Of a stretch of 64,000 nucleotides of DNA, positions 58,501 to 64,000 are shown in pieces. Each line of letters opens with the position of its first letter. Position 1 is the first letter of the stretch. Under the pieces are notes generated by a model, which was not told the origin of the DNA, did not search any database, and saw nothing but the letters and a program-made list of their open reading frames with translations. A program made the translations under genes and the position numbers. Source of the DNA: a virus (lineage: Duplodnaviria; Caudoviricetes); IMG/VR virus record IMGVR_UViG_3300021387_001758, positions 1 to 64,000 of that record. One strand, given 5' to 3'.

Positions 58501-61500
58501 CAAGTAAGACCACCCACAAAATCATCACTACTAACAATCGTTTGTTCATCCGATAAGCTAATAGTAATTTCGTACACTTGCGCGCCGTCTGCTTTTAACT
58601 GAAGATTCTTATATTCATTTAGTAACTGAGTAGTAATTCCGCCATAGTTTCCTTGAACCTGCTCCGCGGTTAAAATTTCCGCCAAGTAGTCCATAACAAC
58701 TTCATCAGATTTATCTGTACGTTTGGTACTATTGATATAATTCTCATATGAAGTTGCTCCAGTAATTTTTTCCAGGTCATCTTCAGCATCTTGGGCAAAC
58801 TCTGGCGCGACATCCATAGTTATAGAATAAACTGTTAAGGTACTATCTATTCTAGTCATGGCGGCTTGAATATCTTCATATTCTTTGCTTAGCCTATCTA
58901 TTTCAATATTCTTTTCTTTTAAATCTTTTTGGAACTGAGTGAACTCTTCATAGAAAGAACCATCAATTAATCCTTGATTTAAATAATAAGAGAAATTAAG
59001 AATGTAACTTTCTCCACTAGGATTCGCGTCTGCTTTTCTAATAGTTAATACTCCACCATCTACATATTCACTAGCTGGTTGTGCAACTATCATTTTACTA
59101 ACAAACTCATTAGAATCTAAAGTCCTTTGAATAGAACTTAAATTAATACCATATTTAAATCCTGCAAAATTATCTTTGCCAGCATATTCGTGGAAAGAAA
59201 CTTTCTTAATTGCCTTTCCGTCTTTTGTCGTTGCAATACTACCATTTTCATTATGTGCAACAGTAAATTTTGCCCAACATTCAAACTTTTCACAAAGCTC
59301 TTGAATTATATTGAAATAATTAGATTCTTTAACTTCTATAGAAGTTATTTTATCATAATCATTATTATAAACTTGGATAATATTATCTACACTCACTCCT
59401 AAATCAGTTGCTAAAGCGTCAAGAGTGAAATAGGTTTTTACTTTTTCCTTATCTTTTAAAGTGTCATCTTTAATATAGTAATAATCTACTTCATTGTTTG
59501 TCGCTTCCGGCGCGCTGCCAGGAATTAGGGTATGGCCATTACTATCTTGTCTGTATTTAAAGAATTCTATGTCTCTGACCCAATAAGATTTTGCTGTATT
59601 TGCACAGTTAATAACAAAAAGACCAATATTCTTAGCCTTCAATTCTTCTGCACTAATTGATCTCAAGCAATCAGCCTTAATGCTCCAATAATTAACCCCA
59701 CTTTTCTGCGGCGCGTCTGGACCATTTTTTGATACATATTGATCTTCAACATTAGACCATACATATTCTTTATTTTGCCCTTCTTCTTCTGCTATATACA
59801 CATATTTTCTAGAAGGAGGAATTGTATCTTTTCCCCAAGGCATTTCTTTAACATAAGTTTTATGGGTATTATCAAGGAAATAACCGCCAGTTATTTCATT
59901 ATTACTTTTCTCATAATTTACAGGCTCATTATTTCCACTTGGCTTAAATTCAAAATATTTTTTTGAAAGGTCGGGCTGATAATATGTTACTTTATCACCA
60001 TTAATTTCTATTGTTTTTACTTCATAATCAGCTACAACAAGGCCTAAAACCGGCACGGTAGCTGGCTGACTTTGATCAGTTTGGTCGGGATTCGGATTAT
60101 ACTTCGCGCGGAAGATATATTCTTCCCCTTTAGAGAACCCTCCAATTAAACTAGCATTATCTCGAATACCAGAGTTAAAAATAGCATTGTCAATACCTGT
60201 TCCTTTAAAAGTCATTAATAAACAAGCATCAGTATCACCTAACTCTTGTAAATTTTTAGGGAATTTATCATATCCTTCTTCTTCTGGACCGAAAATATCT
60301 TTTGGATAAGTAGAAAACTGTATATTGTTTGAATCCGCTATTGAAGCTTTTATTGACCCCCTATTACCATAAGGCGACCAACCCGAAATACTTGATTTAA
60401 AAATATCAAAGTCAGTACCATTAGTAAAACTATTAAATAATATATCAGAAGTCAGATATTCGTAATCTTTATAATGGTATATATATTTCGTGATTGTTTC
60501 TTCATAAGTAACTTGATACAGATCCACATATTTTTCTGTTAATGGATCCCATTTACTTACTGGCGCATAGTTTAAACGATAGCCTTGAAATTCTAAATTA
60601 ATGATAAAACCTGGCTGTCTATCTAATTCAAAGTAAGTAGGTAAATCAGCTGAAACTGGATTTTCTACTTCTACATAATCATTATTTTGTTTTATATAAT
60701 AAGTTTTATTAGGATTTATTTCTGTATCAGTTGTATGAAAATATATATCAATATTATTACTTACAATATCAGGCTTATCACCTGTATAAGTAAGCGAATT
60801 TCGTAACATATAATTAGAGCCTTTAACTACATTATTATCATCAAAAACCCACTTACCTTCTTCTCTATCTAAATCTCTTAAAACCTGTATATTTTCAGTT
60901 CTTTTTTGAATTATATCACTATAAAAGAAATAAATAACTTCACCCTTAGCTAAAGTTACTTCTTCTTTTTCAAGCATTTCATCAGTCTTAATGTTTTGAA
61001 TTAGCTGTGCCTTATATAAGGGTTCTTGCACCCACTGCCTAATAGATTCAGAAGCTTTTTTATCAACTTCCCAATCCGTAGATTCTAAAACCCTTTCTGC
61101 CAGTTCTGTAACAGTTCCTTGATTATTCCCAAGTTCCTGCGCCAGCTCGACATTATATCCCGTTTTAGCTAACTCGTTTACCCATAAATCAGTACAAGAA
61201 TACTGGAAGGTATCAGCTTCGGAAGACTCTTCACAATTTTTTATAATAAAATCATACCATTCATCACCATACTTAAGTTTAACTTTACGTTCATTAACCA
61301 TATATGGAATAAGTGGATTGAAAATTTCTTCTCCCAAGTCATTATCAAAATAACGATGTAGCATTGAAAAAGTAAAAGTCACTTCTCCATTTACATTTTT
61401 AGTAAGCTGTGGAGAAAATGCTCTACTAGGAGAAGTCATAGTATCACTACCAATAATAGCAATCATTTCTTCATTAAAACGATTGTCATTAGTAGGGACA

Positions 61501-61547
61501 TCTTTCCATATTGAAATTTGATATGGTTTTTTAAGCTGTTCGTTCAT
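55563..61547 (-). CDS. Large tail tip/host-specificity protein
   Basis: 1994 aa; follows Dit; coiled coil; DAGTINIMDG tail-tip motif. Confidence 0.75.
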   Translation of the reverse strand: MNEQLKKPYQISIWKDVPTNDNRFNEEMIAIIGSDTMTSPSRAFSPQLTKNVNGEVTFTFSMLHRYFDNDLGEEIFNPLIPYMVNERKVKLKYGDEWYDFIIKNCEESSEADTFQYSCTDLWVNELAKTGYNVELAQELGNNQGTVTELAERVLESTDWEVDKKASESIRQWVQEPLYKAQLIQNIKTDEMLEKEEVTLAKGEVIYFFYSDIIQKRTENIQVLRDLDREEGKWVFDDNNVVKGSNYMLRNSLTYTGDKPDIVSNNIDIYFHTTDTEINPNKTYYIKQNNDYVEVENPVSADLPTYFELDRQPGFIINLEFQGYRLNYAPVSKWDPLTEKYVDLYQVTYEETITKYIYHYKDYEYLTSDILFNSFTNGTDFDIFKSSISGWSPYGNRGSIKASIADSNNIQFSTYPKDIFGPEEEGYDKFPKNLQELGDTDACLLMTFKGTGIDNAIFNSGIRDNASLIGGFSKGEEYIFRAKYNPNPDQTDQSQPATVPVLGLVVADYEVKTIEINGDKVTYYQPDLSKKYFEFKPSGNNEPVNYEKSNNEITGGYFLDNTHKTYVKEMPWGKDTIPPSRKYVYIAEEEGQNKEYVWSNVEDQYVSKNGPDAPQKSGVNYWSIKADCLRSISAEELKAKNIGLFVINCANTAKSYWVRDIEFFKYRQDSNGHTLIPGSAPEATNNEVDYYYIKDDTLKDKEKVKTYFTLDALATDLGVSVDNIIQVYNNDYDKITSIEVKESNYFNIIQELCEKFECWAKFTVAHNENGSIATTKDGKAIKKVSFHEYAGKDNFAGFKYGINLSSIQRTLDSNEFVSKMIVAQPASEYVDGGVLTIRKADANPSGESYILNFSYYLNQGLIDGSFYEEFTQFQKDLKEKNIEIDRLSKEYEDIQAAMTRIDSTLTVYSITMDVAPEFAQDAEDDLEKITGATSYENYINSTKRTDKSDEVVMDYLAEILTAEQVQGNYGGITTQLLNEYKNLQLKADGAQVYEITISLSDEQTIVSSDDFVGGLTCTLTNGTTTKIAKLNLSNKTYSYTDLTGPCQVEFQLSDILSSKYKIYDGKKDKVINGTVNLAANQAHLFYLLPNTETDNESIKAQIEEKQKEKDALEKNFFEKYGRFIQEGTWTSEDYVDNNLYYLDALQVSNTSAQPKVTYTINVVEVSELEGLENYLFDVGDKTYIEDTEFFGWTLQSGLKTPIKEEVIVSEVVWNLDQPEENQITIQNYKTQFEDLFQRIGAAVQSVEYNQGAYQRAASMLDSNGLINSNLLTASLNNISGSRFGISAIGAAYVDRDGIVVTDITRTINQMKLSPKGLMVSEDAGVTWRTIVSPDGIDIKYIKAGIIDAGTINIMDGNYPSFRWDKDGITAYSFDQSENYVYTKTTDQTVNPSKTYYEQDGEEYVPVENPKDEDIANYYERTEDDNLYDLSTYVRLDKYGLYGIDNNLDFVPSSPEDIENEASFGLTWNGFFIRNSYTKDIYEKTSDAAPDDSKTYYQLNSDNQYVPVQKPYKQSEIDSYYELVKQLGGYVSISKDNDIRVVKVLGPNDEITKIKIGALEFDEDHYPTRYGMSIRNDADLEVFKTDDDGNAVFNNVSIKGSIKAAVFEYEEINAIGGIVVVRPSSTIKDIVGSYHNGDVVGTEVIIENPDIFNSGDYCKLGYDGGYYTLIKEDGHYILEGFELGIDGYIKTEDETIVEGKEYYIYNNETQTYDLVSEPSIEYIQSYYEKALQPVVFEDIIGSAIVSLAHFDFETSTVSDNYGIAINSSNSDTMAPEKAITLFEYEGNIDEDRFQGVGLNYKGVFGTLPDMTTQPENKVNDDIYNYMRGTQGIFTDNMYLGNDEQYIAYYTNNGNKTLAIRVKDIDIIGGEEDLVKGSLITQINNVVETAGEINAAIEIKPEYVRLFKGITPEGAEKPVLQSYVNLTADRIEFFNTEVETEFAHTWVNATSLNSDDLYFSNAYPRYEAAKRPDEENGTGNLIIYARDNGHLTIKNIR

Positions 61548-61556
61548 AACTCCTCC

Positions 61557-62999
61557 TTAGAAATAAAGATAATCATACATAATTTTTGGCGCGCCATTAC
61601 CTGATAAGGTTGTACTAAATTTAATTTGTCCTTCAAAAGCGCCGCAACTATCTTCCATATCTTCATCATATTCTTCTAAGTTACGACTACTATTTATTGT
61701 AAAGAAGTTGCCGCCTTCTATAAAATTATTATATAATGTACCTGTAGTTTTATAACTATTATCATCAGTTTTTTGAACACCTTCAACTAATTGATTTTTG
61801 GTATTAATAATAATACCATCGTCTAAATTCTTAGTAGCAATATCTACCATTTTCTTCAATGCTGAGTTCCATGTTTTTGTGACTCTGGTTATAGTACCAA
61901 ATCTCAGCTGCGCGCCTTCGACGGCAATATAGCTATCTTCATCTTCATTATATTCTTCTAACGTCATAGAAAAAGCATCAATAGTATCACTAGTAAAAGG
62001 TATATAAAGTAAGAAAGGTGTGTCTATATCTCCTGGATTATATACTTTCATTTGGCTTATACCTGTTTTTTTATAGTAAGTAGTTCCTTGTATCGGATCT
62101 TTATCTATTGTTAAAACATATGTACTACCATTTAGTACATAAAGCTTTAATTTTTGAGGGTTATCCCCCTGCTGTGTGGTATATGCCTCATATTCTACAT
62201 CCGTTTCATCATATGTATCATACCCTTCTAACGAATTTTTCAATCCAGAGGTGTCTTTCCACTCTTCTATATTATCATAATCTACATATTCAGCTAATGT
62301 TTTAGAAGGCGCGTGAGCAAAAGGTTCATAAGCTACTAAATTAATTTCACCTTCACCCTTATAAATACGTTCTGTTTTATCGGTATAAGTATGAGGATAA
62401 ATTTTTTCCCTAGTAATTGTTGTCACTTTTTTATAATAATCTTTATTAGCTTGAACTTCTTCGTCCTCAGTCAATAAATATTCGTCATCTATTAATACAT
62501 ACCACGTATGCTCTTTAGGATTGATTGGCGCTGTATAATCTTGCATATTTATTTTTTCAAAAGAAACTTCTCTATCTGCTACGCGGAGTCCATCTTGTCC
62601 TTCTTGTTCTTCATCAACGACAATTTGTTTTTCATCGAAACAAATTGTATCCAAAGAAATAGGACTCTCTAATTTGACCTTATAGCACTTATACGGCGCC
62701 TCATCGTAAATTAAAGTCCCAGGTTTTCTCGTACTAAAAATCCTTCTGATTTTTCTATACTGCATTTCAGTAAGATGATCGAAGGCAATATTTATAGTAA
62801 ATTTTTTACTTTTATAATAACTGCCAAAATAATAAATGCCATCTCCACCTGGAATATCCACAGTAGCATCATCAAATTCTGGCGTTAATTCATCTTTATA
62901 TCTATCTCCATCACTAACTCTAACAATTCCCAAATCTTTACTATGGAAACCATTAAAAGAGAATCCAGTAAAATCTCCCATTTTATAACTCCTAAACAA
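61557..62999 (-). CDS. Distal tail protein (Dit) with insertions
   Basis: FSFNGFHSKDLGIV, IPGGDGIYYFGS, GTLIYDEAPYKCY, AYEPFAH. Confidence 0.75.
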   Translation of the reverse strand: MFRSYKMGDFTGFSFNGFHSKDLGIVRVSDGDRYKDELTPEFDDATVDIPGGDGIYYFGSYYKSKKFTINIAFDHLTEMQYRKIRRIFSTRKPGTLIYDEAPYKCYKVKLESPISLDTICFDEKQIVVDEEQEGQDGLRVADREVSFEKINMQDYTAPINPKEHTWYVLIDDEYLLTEDEEVQANKDYYKKVTTITREKIYPHTYTDKTERIYKGEGEINLVAYEPFAHAPSKTLAEYVDYDNIEEWKDTSGLKNSLEGYDTYDETDVEYEAYTTQQGDNPQKLKLYVLNGSTYVLTIDKDPIQGTTYYKKTGISQMKVYNPGDIDTPFLLYIPFTSDTIDAFSMTLEEYNEDEDSYIAVEGAQLRFGTITRVTKTWNSALKKMVDIATKNLDDGIIINTKNQLVEGVQKTDDNSYKTTGTLYNNFIEGGNFFTINSSRNLEEYDEDMEDSCGAFEGQIKFSTTLSGNGAPKIMYDYLYF

Positions 63000-63162
63000 A
63001 ATGCGCCCGTTTGACCGCGCGCAATTATAGTAATATTCTAATTTATCAAATTACGCCTTTCTCACCTATATTATAATTATACTCCTTTTCTATAATTAAG
63101 TCAAGTTTTTGGACATAACATATATGTTTTTAATGTAATAAAAAAGAAGTACATATGTACTT

Positions 63163-64000
63163 CTATATCTCAAAGCGTGATTTATCCGGGAAGCTTTCTC
63201 TAATATAATCACCTATAACTCCATTAAGAAAACTTCCTTCTTCAGTAGATACATAAGGTAAAGTTTTGTCTATTGGGCGACTATTATCAGAATATTTAAC
63301 ATCATTAATAAGCTTTGCTTCTACTCCTGCATAATTTCCATAGATATTTTTAAAATTAGAAATATTAGGATATAAATTTAAAACCTCTAAAGCTTTTTCT
63401 TTATTAATTAACATTGGTAAATGTAAAGCATAATTAACTGTTGAAAGACCTTGACGTTTTAAAAACATCAAACACTCTCTTAAAAGATTCGAATAAGAGC
63501 TTCTTTTCTTCAGCCTATCCTCCAACATTAAAACTCTAAAGGCTAAATCTCCATCAGTATAAGCGGGGTACTGCTTATTCGGCGCCATTACGAAAAAATC
63601 ATCATTGAATAGCCAAAAATTCTCAGAAATCTCTTCATTCTCACAAATTTTCCTCAAAGTATAACATACTTTATCCCATTTAGTATTACCTTTTTGGTCT
63701 ATTGGTAGCGCGCAATCTGGTCGTAAAAACTTCGGCTGGCCGCCCGCAAACCAAACCTTATTATACCTAAAATTTTCTAATGAGCGAAGAGAATAACGAA
63801 GTTCTTCCGGACTATCGTCAATATCATTTCGCAATACGTATACTATATCCCATAATGGTTCTTCTTCTTTTTGATTTAAAAAATTTTCTATTGCCGGATT
63901 TTCAAATTTTTCACGAACCTCTGGCGTTTGTCTTTTTTTATCTATAAGTCCTCTAATAGCAATACCAATAGCAAATCCTACTATTAATAAAACTATTCCA
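63163..64000 (-). CDS. Membrane-anchored Stealth-family-like protein, 5' partial
   Basis: Frame open to the window edge (GIVLLIVGFAIGI TM); WDIVYVL (CR1-like), ELRYSLRSLE, ISENFWLFNDDFF (CR2-like). Confidence 0.65.
   Translation of the reverse strand, partial: GIVLLIVGFAIGIAIRGLIDKKRQTPEVREKFENPAIENFLNQKEEEPLWDIVYVLRNDIDDSPEELRYSLRSLENFRYNKVWFAGGQPKFLRPDCALPIDQKGNTKWDKVCYTLRKICENEEISENFWLFNDDFFVMAPNKQYPAYTDGDLAFRVLMLEDRLKKRSSYSNLLRECLMFLKRQGLSTVNYALHLPMLINKEKALEVLNLYPNISNFKNIYGNYAGVEAKLINDVKYSDNSRPIDKTLPYVSTEEGSFLNGVIGDYIRESFPDKSRFEI

Noticed and set aside
1-64000. Stop-codon reassignment
   Set aside because: Long genes are intact under the standard code and no CUA/UCA/UUA suppressor anticodon was found.

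Overview
A 64-kb segment of an AT-rich, tailed dsDNA phage, probably a large siphovirus-like phage of a Firmicutes/Clostridia host (host inferred from sigmaA promoters and Gram-positive LexA and clostridial Rex boxes). Layout: (1) 1-16.9 kb, minus-strand head/tail morphogenesis operon (tape measure, tail tube, head-tail joining, capsid, protease/scaffold, portal, terminase). (2) 17.1-29.5 kb, a plus-strand array of about 22 mostly single-gene cassettes, each promoter-RBS-ORF-terminator. The spacers carry ordered motifs: 15 LexA/SOS-type boxes, 12 Rex-type boxes, 14 CTTTA-N6-TAAAG-N3-TAAAG triads, GC palindromes, CodY-like and dif-like sites. This is the best candidate for an undescribed system (host-state sensing, transcription-factor decoy and/or cassette shuffling). 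(3) 28.6-30.7 kb, a repeat-dense non-coding strand-switch region. (4) 30.7-37.8 kb, small minus-strand genes. (5) 37.9-44.4 kb, an RNA island with 23 tRNAs (two with HNH-carrying group I introns, one Ile-UAU), an 81-nt tmRNA tRNA-like-domain-only gene and several large structured ncRNA candidates (ROOL/GOLLD-like). (6) 46-48.7 kb, RNase H, nucleotide kinase and DNA ligase. (7) 48.7-64 kb, lysis and tail-tip/adhesin genes sharing a mobile ~40-aa Tyr-rich module. All calls are by eye; no database searches were run and motif counts are manual.
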